A stretch of 64,000 bases of DNA, taken from the NCBI RefSeq assembly GCF_947563725.1, contig NC_079159.1, forward strand, positions 100,113,559-100,177,558. The letters run 5' to 3'. The notes under the pieces were generated by a model. It saw only the letters and a list, made by a program, of their open reading frames with translations. It was not told where the DNA came from and ran no database searches. Shown here one piece after another: positions 42,804 through 55,289 of the stretch (within the stretch, counting starts at the first letter, position 1; every line of letters begins with the position of its first letter). The position numbers were made by a program, and so were the translations under genes. Source of the DNA: Argiope bruennichi. Lineage: Eukaryota.

Positions 42804-43519
42804 GTATGTTGCCCGTTTATTTACTATAATTTCATATTAAAAAAGCTTGCTGATTGGTGATAACTATACTTTGATATAATGTTTGTCAAATTTGTTCTAA
42901 AAGTCTTTCATATTTTAGAAAATTTGTATTTTATTCAGTTTTTATCATGCAGTTACATTTTATGAATGAGATGTTGATTAAAGAAGAAAAAAAAGAAAGT
43001 TTTTCATATTTGTATTTTCAATTTTTAAACAGTTAATATTAAAATTGTATTCTAAACAGTTAATATTTAAATTGGTTCTTCTCTTTTTTGTTTTTAAACT
43101 TTTAAATCCACATCTAAAACCTAATTTTATTTATACTAATGCTGGATCTAATACCAGATTAATAAATTAAGGCAAATAGCAGATTTTTATAATAACTGAA
43201 ACAAATTTTTGCATAACATCTTATTTAAAGAAACCAAACTATAATATTGTCTTCTGTTTTCTCCTAAAAAAAAGTTTTTTATAATTATTTTCTTTAGACA
43301 TATTTGAAGATAAAATCACAAAATAATTATAGATTAAATATTTGCAAAGAAGTTTTTATTTTCCCTCATTTTATATTTTACTTTTATTTATTATTACAAA
43401 TACTTCAGTATCATTGTCTATTATATAATTATGATAATCCACTCTTTAGATGATTTTACTTTCTCTATGTATACTCATATAAAATATTTATATATTTCAT
43501 CTGAAAATATTTTTGTTAG

Positions 43520-43708
43520 GAAACTGAGTTGGAACGTCTTCACAAAGCTAGAAACGAGGAATTGCGCTATTTTAAAGAACAAAATGCTTTGGAGGTTGAA
43601 AAATTGAAACAAGTTGCTGAAATTGAAGTCAGTAAATTTAAGAACCTTGTAGAGAGTCTTGGTAGAGAAACCATTCAATCTGTGGCTTCTGCTGGGCAGG
43701 AGTTCCAG
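43520..43708 (+). CDS. MVP: MVP coding exon 13
   Basis: gttag|ETELERLHKARNEELRYFKEQNALEVEKLKQVAEIEVSKFKNLVESLGRETIQSVASAGQEFQ aligns with human [65 protein letters not shown]. The donor reads cag|gtatgt. Confidence 0.8.
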
Positions 43709-44933
43709 GTATGTTTGATTTTTCCATTTTCAATATATGTGTGATCTTTAATATAAATTTTATCCTTAAATCATATGAAATAACAAAGTCATATATTAAA
43801 TATTATTAAATGATAAGTTTTAAACAAATATTTCTGTGAATGCACATTATATTTTTTCATTTTGCATACATTACAGGCTTGGGATTTATAAAATTCCATT
43901 TCTTCCCAACTCATTTTTATGTAATAAATTATTATATGAGAAAGAGATGAAATAAACAAATGCTTATTAGGGCTGATTATTAGATCTAGAGCTGGAAAAA
44001 AAAAAGATTATTATTTTTTACTTTAAAAAATACAAATAAATTTTATAAACAATTTTATCCATGTGAGTTAAATTAAAAAAAATTCTAAATATCAGATTCT
44101 ATTGCATTTTAAGTGTTGCTAAAACTAATTCTGATGTGTATATAGCATTAATTAAGACAAAAGAAGTTGCTGGCTCTCCCGACTTGTCAGAAGATCCTTT
44201 CTCATCCCCTTTCAATTCATAATTTGGGGGGGGGGGGTTATATGTAAAATTTTGCATAAGATGATTATCTCTGTTGAAATTTTTTTTGAGAACATGACAA
44301 CCTATTAAAACTTCTGTTTCTAAAGTAACCTTCTTCCCTATAAACAACTGGCTACTAAAGCAATTTTTAAGAATGGCTGAAACCCTGGAAAATCTACATC
44401 AATATAGGTCTGAAATCATAATGGAAGGAAGTCCATTGTTAACAAATCTTTGAATCTACTAACTACTAACCTAATATTTTATGGGGGAGGGGACTGAAAG
44501 TTTCAGAATTATCAAATAACAGATAAAAGATGGCATAAATTATGTAAGTCTTAAATCTAATTGATTTTAAATTTTAATGTTTCTTTTTAAAATTTAACAA
44601 ACTTTCAAACTTGTTGATTATAAAACAGTTTGATCAGTTAAGAAAATATTTTAATTTTCCCCCTTTTATATAGAAATGTGTGAATTTCCATTATATAGTC
44701 TTTAAATCAGAAAATTTAATATTTCATTTGAATAACAAAGTAAATTTTGGTCTGAATATAGAAAATTGGTGTATTCAAGCGATAGTGTAAAAAAAAGGAG
44801 AAATAAAAATTTTAGAATGAACAAATTGAGTAAAAATAATTTTCTATTAGTATTTTATAATAATATTTTGTTTTATTAGAAATAAAATTTATTACTATAA
44901 GGTGTTTTTCTAATTCTAATTTATTTGCTTTAG

Positions 44934-45083
44934 GTTAAACTTCTCCAAGGTCTTGGAATTCAATCTGCATTGATCACTGATGGCAATACCCCTATTAATC
45001 TTTTCAACACTGCACAAGGCTTTCTTGGTGGTGCATTGATGCCACCTTCTAAGAGACAGAGAAAGGATAGTGATGAATCATAA
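44934..45083 (+). CDS. MVP: MVP terminal coding exon 14 (includes the stop)
   Basis: ctttag|[49 protein letters not shown] aligns with human [32 protein letters not shown]. The fourteen exons total 2619 nt, giving 872 aa plus the stop, all in frame. An aaataaa sits about 390 bp downstream. Confidence 0.82.
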   Translation, partial: VKLLQGLGIQSALITDGNTPINLFNTAQGFLGGALMPPSKRQRKDSDES

Positions 45084-48000
45084 GAAGTCCCTTTTTGAAA
45101 GCAAAGATGATTCTCATAATTTTCTTTATGCATATTGCACCCTATTTTATAACAATAAGCATGGTTGAGGCTTGTCTCATCTGCGCAAGAATTAATTTTT
45201 GATTAGAAGCTTTAAATGTTTTATAATATTCCTTGTGATTATTATGTGTTAGTGCATTTCAGTATTCACAAGGTTTTTCAAAATCAGTATTAATTGAATG
45301 AAAGAGTTTGTTCAATGTAAATGAAGGTGCAATTAATTTGAATCTTAAGTTGACTATCTTAAACAGATATTGAAAAATCTCACGTTTTGTTCAGAGTACT
45401 TTTATTTTGAAATAAGCTGCTTTTTGTTTTACTGGCTGCAATCTTAACAGCATCTGGCAAGGTATCTAAATAAAGCCACAGTGTTCTTTTTAAAAAATTA
45501 TTTATAAAAAATTTTTAGTTTTGGCTGCATCATATATATATATATAATATTCTTAATATGTGTATGAATACAATCAAAAGAAAGGAGAAACTGGATTTTC
45601 TCCTTAAAGTTCATCTTGTTAACATATATTGTCTTAAATAAGCTTAATTACGTTTGGTGCTTGAAATCATCGTTCCTAATTTTAATTATTAATTTTTTCG
45701 TATTGAAGCTTATAAAGCTTTTTCTTATCTAATCATGTAAACAGGTACATCTTAAAGTTTGTTGATTTTCATGCATTTTTTATTTTTGTTATTCCTAGAT
45801 TTTTTAAAAATAACTTTATAGTATTTGTATAGTGCCTTTTATAAATTCTTGGAAAGTGCCAGATAAAGTTATTGTCAGGAACATTGTGATGTACTTATTG
45901 ATATACAGTAGAAAGAGCTTCTTAAACATTTGCCATTTAAGATCTCCAAATATGTAAACAGTTTGGTAATTAACATTTACTTTTAAAAATGTTCCATGAA
46001 ATAAGTCCACTTATAGCTTTCTGAATTATGTATCCTTGCTTAAATAATTTGACTAAAGTTTAAAAAATATCAAAGAATTTAATATTTCATTCCAGATTAG
46101 CAATCATAGTTTAAGAAGTTCTAATTTATGTATATATACTGTTAACAATATTGTTGTGATTTTATCTTGATATTGGCTATATAAATGCTAATTAGGTATT
46201 TGAAATATTTTTATCTACTTATTAAAACTAATGAATTTATGCTGTTATTGTATACTGTTATAATTTGTTGTTTTTGCTTTGATATTTAGCTTTGTGATAT
46301 TAATTTTTAGAAGTGCCTTATATGTTTGGTTCCAAAGCATAGCACGCCACATTTGAAATTCGTGCACTAGTCAGAAAATATATTTGAATTTATTATAAAT
46401 TTGTTACAAATATATTAAAAATATTTATGGATCAAAAATTACCTATTACTTCACTTATTCTTCCTATTTTCTGAGTTTTGTTCACATTCATAACAATTTG
46501 TGCAACAATATATTGTCATTAAAAACACTGGGGAAATAGAGAAGGTTTTTTTTTTTTTTTTGTTATATTTTTAATATTTTTTTTTTCTGTGTTATAGCCC
46601 AGTTATAGCTATAGTTTTTTATTCTTAAAATTTTCAACTGAATATTGGTGAATATTGCTAAAAAATTTGTTATCTGTTAACCAATTAAATACAACCATTT
46701 ATGTGCTTTATATATACAAAAAAAAATTTCAAGATTTTTTTAGAAATGAAATTTATTTTTAGGTCATATTTTTTATTCATCTGTTACCATCTTTTATATC
46801 AAATGCTTCAGTTGATATAATATGAATTTATTGATTTTGAAAAATATATTTATTACATTTATGAATTCATTCTAGATACAATTGGTTAAGTAGTGACATA
46901 TTTTATCTAATCTTTATACAGTAATAAATTAATCTATCTTTTAATGAAATATCGAGCAAAGATTTATAAAATGTGCTTTCTAAAATGGAAATATTTTTTG
47001 CTATTCTTATAAAATTCATTGTTGCTAATTATAAATATTTGTTTAATAGTTTATTTTTGATATGAAGCTTGTTATTTTGATTAAATATAATTCATGTATA
47101 TATTAAATGTTATATATAATTAAAATTATAAATATTGTGGTGTAAAATTGCTATATAGAAGTTTTATTGAGTTTTCTATTAAAAAAACAATAGCATATAT
47201 ATTTTTATATTTTATACAGACATATATATATATATATTTTTAATGCAGTGAAATAAAATAACAAATTGTAGAGGTATTAAATTGAGCTATCCTAGTCCCT
47301 CATTTTTCCATAATGCCTGGAGTTATTTAATGTACCAAAAAATAATAATGTGCTTTATAAAATTTGGGACTTTTCATTTAGTGGAAGTAACAGGATTAAT
47401 TTACTGGCTCTTTGTTTTAACATACTGGCAGATGTGGCCAAATATTGGTTATGGAAAGGCAAAGCTATTTTCGTTTTAGATCTTTTACAATGGTTAAAAA
47501 AATAACAGATATTTTTTTTATCTACTATAGTAAAAAAATTTATGTAAACATTACATTTTATTCATTTTGCGATTGTTAAATAATGAGTCACCTGACTAGA
47601 TGAGGTTTATTTTGCCAATATTGCCATTTCCAAAATATTTAATGAAATTTTTTATATCATATTAAATATTTATATTCTTTGTGGTGGTATTCTGGCACAA
47701 AAAAGGAAAAGTAATGCTTTAACAGCAAATGAATTTAAAACAATATTATTTGTAAATTCTACTTTTAGGCACATCGTTTGTTACAAAAATAATGAATAGC
47801 TTTCATGTTTGCGCACATTTTTCGAGTAACAAAAATTTTTCATCTCTCGGCTGGCAATCGTCGGAATATCTTAGCAATACATGCGTTAATCTTGCATTTT
47901 TTAAAATTGTGATGGGGCGTGCAGCAATATCAGATGAAGAAAAAATGCAAATAAAGACATAACTGTTTTAAGAAAACTTTTATTTAATTTGTTTAAAATT

Positions 48001-50137
48001 TCATACTTTATTCTACTGAAAAAGTTAAAATTGTGTTGCAATTTTTTTTTCTAAATTTTAATTAATGCTAAAATTTATTTTTTTATTTGGAAAGAGCTGT
48101 TGAATTGAGCCGTTTTGCTCATGATATTTTCAAGACAGTTTGTCACCCATTCACCCCCTTTTTTTTTTTTTTTTTTTTTTTTTTTGTCTAAAAGGATGGA
48201 ATCAATTCCAACTCTACTAACCTGAGAACATGCATGATTCCAGGACAGCATCGAGGCTGGCAAATGAAAGCAAGCAGGGAGCAAGGCTCCCTAGTTATAT
48301 ATAATTTTATTACAACTATGTTTAATTTTAAAAAAAGAAAAAATCATCTACTGTGTATACTGTGTAAAAGAATATTTGGGGTATTACTAAGAACAATGAA
48401 TAATGCTAATAGTAATAAGAGATAATAACGAAAACATTACCACAAGAATTTCATTAAAGAAAATAAAACGAGTGTAGCACAATCAAGATACTGTATAGTT
48501 ATCTTATCTTCTCTTTCCTTGAGATCATTATTATGTCTTTAATTTATTTGATGATTAGTTCAGTTTGTGTTTATTTACAATAATCTAAAAGGATTAATCA
48601 TTATTATGCTGGCAACCACTACATGAACAACATTAGCAGACATAAAACTAAATTCTTTTTAATCAACATATCTTATGGTTATTAGTAATCCATAAATATA
48701 AGTTTACTGTATTTACCTCGCAGACAGTCAAATGTCTGAATTTTAAAACTAATCTGCAGTCTAGTAATGTATGCGGGAATATAAAATTATTTGCAAAAGG
48801 GATGCCGTAAAATATTTACTAAAGTGCATATAAAAAAAATGAGATTGATTTAAGCAATTGCGAAGGAACGGGATTATGCTATGCAAAATATTTTTGTGCA
48901 CAGCTGACCAAGATCTCTGGCTGAAGTCGCCTTTTTATGTTTTATTAGTAGTGATCATCTTTGAATATTTATAGCATTGTGATCTGGAGTGTTGAGGAGC
49001 ATGAATACATTTTTGGTCCTGATTATTTTTTTAATAAAAAGTTTAATGAGGAAGAAAGTGTAAGAACCTCCTTAAATATGAAGTGAATTTTTATCAAATA
49101 TTTATTCTTGAAAAATATGACTAATATCTCAAATTAAGATAAGTACTGTCGCTGACAATTGGTGATGAAAAGTATTTAAAAAGGATAAACATTTAAATGT
49201 ATTTGATCAGAAAAATCTTAATATTTTTATATCAAAATTTTATGTTGAAATTACTTAATTCTAGTATACCTTGAAATCCACATATATTTTAAACATTTGC
49301 ATTGTTTACAAATTTGGAATTATATTTGATCAAAAATAAAATATCAAATTATGCACTGATTTTTCCACATGTTTAATTCTAAAATAAAATAATCATATAA
49401 GTGATAAAAAAAGGAATTTTATTTCGAAATGATCCTTTTTTTACCCTTACCATTAAACACTCCATGTTTTCCTTACATTTTCCCTCTTGTCCTATGCATT
49501 AGAGCATTCTGATACTGATTAAATTATGATTACACTAGTGAGTATAGAAAACGGTTTTGCAAAATAGAGAATTACAAAAATATCCTAGTACAAAGAACAA
49601 GTGAGAATTATATTACGAAGGATTTTTTATTCTTATACTTATGGGTAGCTTGTATTTTTAAAAAATGGTAACTTCTCTGTACATAAAATAAAACATAAAT
49701 ATGTATTTTGTTCTATGTCACTTCATGTGGCTTGTTTACTTTTGGTTGAACACATGTTCTTTATTGACTAATTAAAAGTATTGAGTATAAAATGTCTGAG
49801 ATAAATCTAATCCCTTCTGACTACTGTATTGTTACAAGTAACAGTTGATTGACATATTATAAAAGTGTGATTCAGTCTATCACACTAGAAATGCTATAGA
49901 GTTTGATTTTTAATTATTAATTTTACTTTAATAAGCTCTGTGGATGATTAATTGTTTTTGAGGTGTATAAAGATGTGTGTTCAAACAGATGAATTGAGTC
50001 TGATGAAAGAGGTGAATTATTATTCGACTAAAATACTGTAGGGTTAAATCAATTTTGGTACACTTCCTTCTGGATAAGACAAGGAAGACTGCTGAAATAA
50101 ATGGAATAATTTACAAACTGGTTAGAAGAAACTGAAT

Positions 50138-50625
50138 GTAGCGAGTGGATTTTGAAGCGTTAGGAAATAAACGTTCATAGATGGCGCTAGACAACTAGCG
50201 CGAGTGTAATTAAAAGAGTGATGTCATTCGAGTGTTTGCTCTTGGAGGAGAAGGAGTTACTGAGCAGAGTAACTCGAACGAATCTGCAATAAATTTGTTA
50301 AGTTTTCTATTTGCCTATTTTTTCAAAGCACTCACGAACCAGCCACGACATTTGGCGCAGTCGACAGGATTCGAACCTGTGCGGGGAAACCCCAATGGAT
50401 TTCGAGTCCATCCAAATGTCGTGGCTGGTTCGTGAGTGCTTTGAAAAAATAGGCAAGTAGAAAACTTAACAAATTTATTGCAGATTCGTTCGAGTTACTC
50501 TGCTCAGTAACTCCTTCTCCTCCAAGAGCAAACACTCGAATGACATCACTCTTTTAATTACACTCGCGCTAGTTGTCTAGCGCCATCTATGAACGTTTAT
50601 TTCCTAACGCTTTAAAATCCAATCA
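50138..50625. repeat. Near-perfect palindrome (inverted repeat) with ~215-bp arms and a 56-bp tRNA-derived centre
   Basis: The left arm, about 50138-50355, is the reverse complement of the right arm, about 50412-50625, with only a few mismatches. For example, ggattttgaagcgttaggaaataaacgttcatagatggcgctagacaactagcgcgagtg on the left pairs with cactcgcgctagttgtctagcgccatctatgaacgtttatttcctaacgctttaaaatcc on the right. ORF-track entries 50232-50435(+) and 50332-50535(-) translate to the same peptide, which is a by-product of this symmetry. Confidence 0.85.
50356..50411 (-). pseudogene. tRNA-Ser(CGA)-derived 3' fragment covering the anticodon arm, long variable arm, T-arm and 3' acceptor strand; the 5' acceptor and D-arm are missing
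   Basis: The minus strand reads ATGGACTCGAAATCCAT (anticodon stem-loop, loop CTCGAAA, anticodon CGA), then TGGGGTTTCCCCGC (class-II long variable arm), then ACAGGTTCGAATCCTGT (T-arm with a 5-bp stem), then CGACTGCG (3' acceptor strand). This matches the metazoan tRNA-Ser(CGA) consensus ...ATGGACTCGAAATCCATTGGGGTTTCCCCGCGCAGGTTCGAATCCTGC.GACTGCG. Where the 5' half should be, an inverted copy of the flank sits instead. Confidence 0.6.
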
Positions 50626-51600
50626 CTACACTAAATTAGCATGACGTATCCTGGAGTGATTTTGATGGAAGTCTTTACATATATCTGTCAACTGTAAATA
50701 TTTTATATCAAAAGTATGATTAAATTTGTAAATTACGTTTGCTTTCAAAAATTTGGTAAGCGTTTTTTTTTTGTGTTTAATTTGCAAACAAATGAAATCG
50801 ATAATTGGAATAATTGTGTGTCAAACAGTTATTTATTTAATTTTAATTTATAATTCATTATTTATTTTTATATTTTTATTTTGTATTATTTTATAATTAA
50901 CAAGTTTAATTTATAATTAAATTATGTTTTTTTAAACAAAAGTTCATTATTGGAGAAAAAAGATAAATGGAAGGTATCTATTAAAAAAAATTTATTAAAG
51001 AATACATTCTTCCCTAGTAGTAAATGTATTGATATCAACTTTCCAACCAAGTTATGAGAATGGAAAGTGAAGATCATTCATTTCGCAAAGCTCATTCTAG
51101 TTCAATAAACGATTTTGAAAGCGTATTTGAAACTTTATCTTCTAAGATAATCCCAAAGATGGTACAATGACATAAGGTCCCGAATAGAGCTTAAACAGTC
51201 CATTCGCTCTAAATCTTTATTCTCGACAAGCTTAATTCGATAAGATTGAGCATTGAATCATCTAATAGAATGAATCCCTCATCAGTAGCATAAGCATGTA
51301 GCTGAAGCAAGGATCTCATCACTATTTCTCGAAGCAGCGAGAATTTCGTTTTGGAAATATTAAATGGGACATAAATGAGCTTGTATACAATCCCTGATTG
51401 CGATAATGTCTTCGTATCTTAGTAGCCTCTAATATTGTGCCTGTTGAATTTGTGTTACAAATTCAGGCATAATAATGGTCTTGTTTCTCGCTACCGAAAA
51501 TGATCTCCCGCAGTTGTAGCTCGTGGTCGACTCGGATCATCTTCTCAAAACTGAATTTTTTGGATTGTAACTAATGCCAGGGCCACACTGTGAGACATAT

Positions 51601-51745
51601 TAAGCATTCTAGCAGCAGTGTGGTGACGCTTTATAAGCCAGATAACAGCTACGAGACATGAGAAATTTCATTTGTCTAGTGGTCTTGTTACTCGGCTACG
51701 AACCCAAAGGTTGCGAGTTCGATCCTCGCTTATCGCCAGTAGCAA
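51601..51745 (+). repeat. tRNA-derived SINE-like unit, copy 1
   Basis: gtggtgacgctttataagccagataacagctacgagacatgagaaatttcatttgtctagtggtcttgttactcggctacgaacccaaaggttgcgagttcgatcctcgcttatcgcc contains a perfect T-arm (GCGAG-TTCGATC-CTCGC) and a D-loop-like TCTAGTGGT, but the acceptor stem does not close. Confidence 0.55.
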
Positions 51746-51994
51746 CATTGGTGACCCGATGACGAAAATACACAACCTTCATACAACTGTTGTGGCGCCC
51801 TCTACCAGAAATAAATAAAAATCAATAAGCTGATAAAAAATCGGCCAATAAATAAATAAAAAAAAATGAAGCTGATAAATAATCAGCCAATAAAAAAAAA
51901 AAAAATGGATAAGGCGCAACAGCCAATATATCACCACTAATAACAGCAAAAACAGGACAAAAAATCGTTCGTCTCACCTCCGACGAACTGAAGG

Positions 51995-52135
51995 GGGAGT
52001 AATGTGGTGACGCTTTATAAGCCAGATAACAGCTACGAGACATGAGAAATTTCTTTTGTCTAGTGGTCTTGTTACTCGGCTACGAACCCAAAGGTTGCGA
52101 GTTCGATCCTCGCCTATCGCTAGTAGCAACAGCAG
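51995..52135 (+). repeat. tRNA-derived SINE-like unit, copy 2, a tandem duplicate of 51601-51745
   Basis: About 120 bp is near-identical to copy 1 (gtggtgacgctttataagccagataacagctacgagacatgagaaatttcttttgtctagtggtcttgttactcggctacgaacccaaaggttgcgagttcgatcctcgcctatcgc). The two copies are separated by an A-rich tract carrying repeated 'aataaataaa / gctgataaa / atcagccaataaa' motifs. Confidence 0.55.
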
Positions 52136-52939
52136 CAACTTGTTCAAATCCATTTCCGTTGACCCGATCACCTGCCATCTTAATAAGAGACTTCCCGGAG
52201 ACAGTGCCAAGAATATCTTTGCAGATAAAAGCAATAAGAACTCAAAATTTTCACAAATTATAAAAAAACAATATATTCATATTTTTCTTTGGGTTACATA
52301 TAAATAATAGATTCCTTGAAAAAGGTAATAGATGCACTTCTTTCGTTATTTTAATAAATACTACACAATGTCCTTCATATAAATCATATTTGTTACCGTA
52401 ATAATACACATTTCTTTAATGGTGAAATTCAAAAAAAAAAAAAAAAAAAAAAAAAAAACTGGTTGTACCTTAACTTTTGGAGGTCAATATGTCTTATAAA
52501 AATTCAAACAGTATTCCTTCATTAAAACAATTCTAATAACGGAAACTTCTAATGGATGAATTTCACAGTTTTTGAACCCTTTTCCAAAAATGACTACTTC
52601 TGAAAAGACAATTACTCTCTAAATTTCTTGGCTGCAAAAGGAAAGTTTCTCCATAGCAGTAGATTTAGCATTCGTACTCATAGATACGAGAAATGTGATG
52701 GAATCAATCTTCCAATCTTACAACTGGTACTCTGAAAATATGCCAACTTCAGGAGGTCTCAAATCTTAAATCCACATTTGTTTTTAGTTCTCTCAATACG
52801 TTCACTGAAGTGAACAAAGCTGCAGCTTTCGTTTTTGTTATGATGCAAAATGACATTAATTCTATAATTAAATTTGTGAGCCGTATTATTTCCCATTCAG
52901 TTCAATATACCCTTACTTTTTATTTTCTCGTATACATAC

Positions 52940-53490
52940 AGTCTGTCATAAAAAAGTATTTGGACACACTACTAGGACACATATTTTACTTAAATATACA
53001 AATGAGACCAAAACAAAGAAGTAAATATTATTTTGATATATATAAATCATAATAATTCAAACAAAACTCTCATATTAATGCAATTATGGTTATAATTGAA
53101 AATAAAAGAAAGCAAGTAAAAAAAATGCTCAAAAAAGTATTGGGACACTTTTCGATAAATTAAGGAAAACAATGCAAACTTAAAAGTTAATATCTTGTTG
53201 GGCCTTCCTTGCTTATGACCTTTCCTGGTCTATTTGGTTTGGATTGGTCCAATTTTTTTTCAAAATCATCCATCGATTTTGGCTGACTTTTCTATCAAAT
53301 GTTTTCTTAAATCCTGCTTGTTAGAAATTTGATGCTCATATTGTGTTTGTTGCAAATAATTCCACAAATACTCAATGAGATTAAAGTTTGGACTTTGGAA
53401 GAATTTTAATAATACTAGTACAGTGGTAGAGGACCCATCACTTGCAAAAACCAGCAGTATGTTTCGGGAGATTTTATCGAATCTCCACAT
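52940..53490 (-). mobile_element. Second Tc1/mariner-like element end: transposase C-terminal remnant plus terminal region with direct repeats
   Basis: The minus-strand ORF 53266-53490 reads ...FQSPNFNLIEYLWNYLQQTQYEHQISNKQDLRKHLIEKSAKIDG*, matching the Tc1 C-terminal 'DLNPIE.LW...L...W..I' region. Downstream of it, the plus strand carries two copies of AAAAAGTATTGGGACAC-like motifs (about 52955 and 53133), reminiscent of the paired transposase-binding direct repeats in Tc1-family inverted repeats. Confidence 0.45.
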
Positions 53491-54330
53491 TTTACACCTC
53501 CCTGAATTCTAAAACTATCCGTCTGTATGGAACAAAGATAACTCAAAAATGCTTTGAGCTAGATAGATGAAATTTGGTTTGCGTTCTTTATATCAAATGT
53601 TTGGATTTTCATCAGATTTTGAAATTTATCTGCTCAGAGGAAGTCTGCTTGTCCGGCTGTTCGAATATAAATTAAAACAATGACTATAAAACGAAAAGAG
53701 CCAGATGAATAAAATTCAATATACACATTTGTTATCTATATTGTAGATATCTGTCTAAGTTTGAGTCAAATCCAAAAAGGAGTTGATCGTATATTGATCT
53801 GTACTTTCAGAAACATGTAAACGTGATCACTCAAAGACGCAGTGACTTAAATTTATTAAATTTCGCACTGGATTTTATGATTGCAAGTGCAGTTTTGTGT
53901 CAAAATTTTATTTCGGTCGGTTGAGATAAACGCGTTTAAAACAAAAATTAGATTTAACCGCATGTCAGGGATTAATCGCCAAAAAACTCGATAAACCAAA
54001 AGTGACACGATCGATGAAATAAAAATGCTAAGTTCACACCAAAGTTAATATTTCATAATTAATGTATGTCAATTCTATGACAGGCGTTTTCTGGAATTAA
54101 GAGAGAAAGTATGCGAGATTTATTATTAAAGCATATGCAAGAAATTTTCGGGGACACCCCTACCACTGCTTTTGAAAACATTTTATTTCTGATCTTTCTT
54201 CTATCCACCGACATATTAAATGAAAGAAAAAGCGAACATTCTGATATAACATTTTCGGATCTTTTGGGCCACTTTCCCCCAAAAAGTTGCAAAACCAAGA
54301 ATTTTTTCTGTTATAAGGAATATTTAACCA
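53480..54330 (+). repeat. Dispersed repeat family, copy A (unclassified, non-coding)
   Basis: Blocks within it recur elsewhere in the window. 53800-53930 (catgtaaacgtgatcactcaaagacgcagtgacttaaatttattaaatttcgcactggattttatgattgcaagtgcagttttgtgtcaaaattttatttcggtcggttgagataaacg) is about 75% identical to 55480-55620. 53518-53570 (ataactcaaaaatgctttgagctag) matches the reverse complement of 58790-58840. Confidence 0.5.
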
Positions 54331-54362
54331 AATATTTTCTGTTATAAGGAATATTTAACCAT
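54304..54362 (+). repeat. Tandem duplication, 2 x ~31 bp
   Basis: ttttctgttataaggaatatttaaccaaata is followed directly by ttttctgttataaggaatatttaaccata. Confidence 0.9.
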
Positions 54363-55289
54363 ACAGTTTTTTTTCTGCTAAAGATTTGCCGTGTACTCAA
54401 TGAATAGTAGTGAGAATGAAACATTGATTTGAGGTAGTAGAATGTATCTTACTCGCACAAACTTGATATTCGAATTTGAAAAAAAAATTTGCGATGAATT
54501 TAAGCTTTTTTTCCAGTAATAACCAGCTGAAGGCATTTTAATACAAGCTTATAAACATACGTAGAATCAGAATGAATTCTGATATCCAACGTTATATCAA
54601 TAAAGTAATTTAATGTTGTGTTTTTGTAATGACAGTTATACGTAGAGAGTTTATTGTCTTTAAAGGAAAACATTCATAAAGGGCAGAATTTTCCTATTGA
54701 TTAGTTAAATTTTGGGCAATAAGCCGTAGCATTATCCTTTCGAAGATTTTTTAAAAAGACAATTGTATAGGCAATGGATCTGAAGGAATTATTGGAATTA
54801 ATTTGCTTTTGTTTTATTTTAAAATATAGTTTTTGGAACAGGAATGATTATCAAATGTTTCCAATGATCTGAGACATATAAACTGAAAATACATCTTAAA
54901 AAATAGAGGAGATTTTCATCAGATCAGTGATATTTAATTTTATACCAATTCGCTAGGAAGCCACTCGCTCCTAGTATTAAATTTCTTGAGTTGTCCTTCT
55001 AACTTCTGAAGATGAATAGGCAAGAATAGGTATTGATAATTTCGCTGTGATATTATCCACTATATATATATATAAAAAATGATGAAGTAATTGCTTGGTT
55101 TAAGAGGATTCAAAATATGCTTATTTTTATTGAAAGTGCGGCTAAAAATATATATTTCTTTGTTAGAATGAATATATACTTTATTGAATAATGAATAAAA
55201 CATTTGAGAGTTTTGAAATATTTTACACATTTCTGTCCTAATAATTTCGATATGCTTTTCTACCTTGCGCCAAATTTGCAGATTTTTAA

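Noticed and set aside
50232-50535. Two ORFs (50232-50435 + and 50332-50535 -) encoding the same 67-aa peptide MFALGGEGVTEQSNSNESAINLLSF...
   Set aside because: The identical peptides arise automatically because the two strands of a perfect palindrome read the same. There is no domain similarity. They are an artefact of the inverted repeat.
51822-52307. Five small ORFs (73-86 aa) in the 51.8-52.3 kb interval
   Set aside because: They lie entirely within the tandem tRNA-like SINE units and the A-rich spacer. They are low-complexity and mutually overlapping on both strands, and show no protein homology.
52940-53140. Possible intact Tc1 terminal inverted repeat
   Set aside because: Only the paired internal AGTATTGGGACAC-like motifs are visible. 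I could not find a matching inverted copy at the other element end within the window, so no complete TIR is called.
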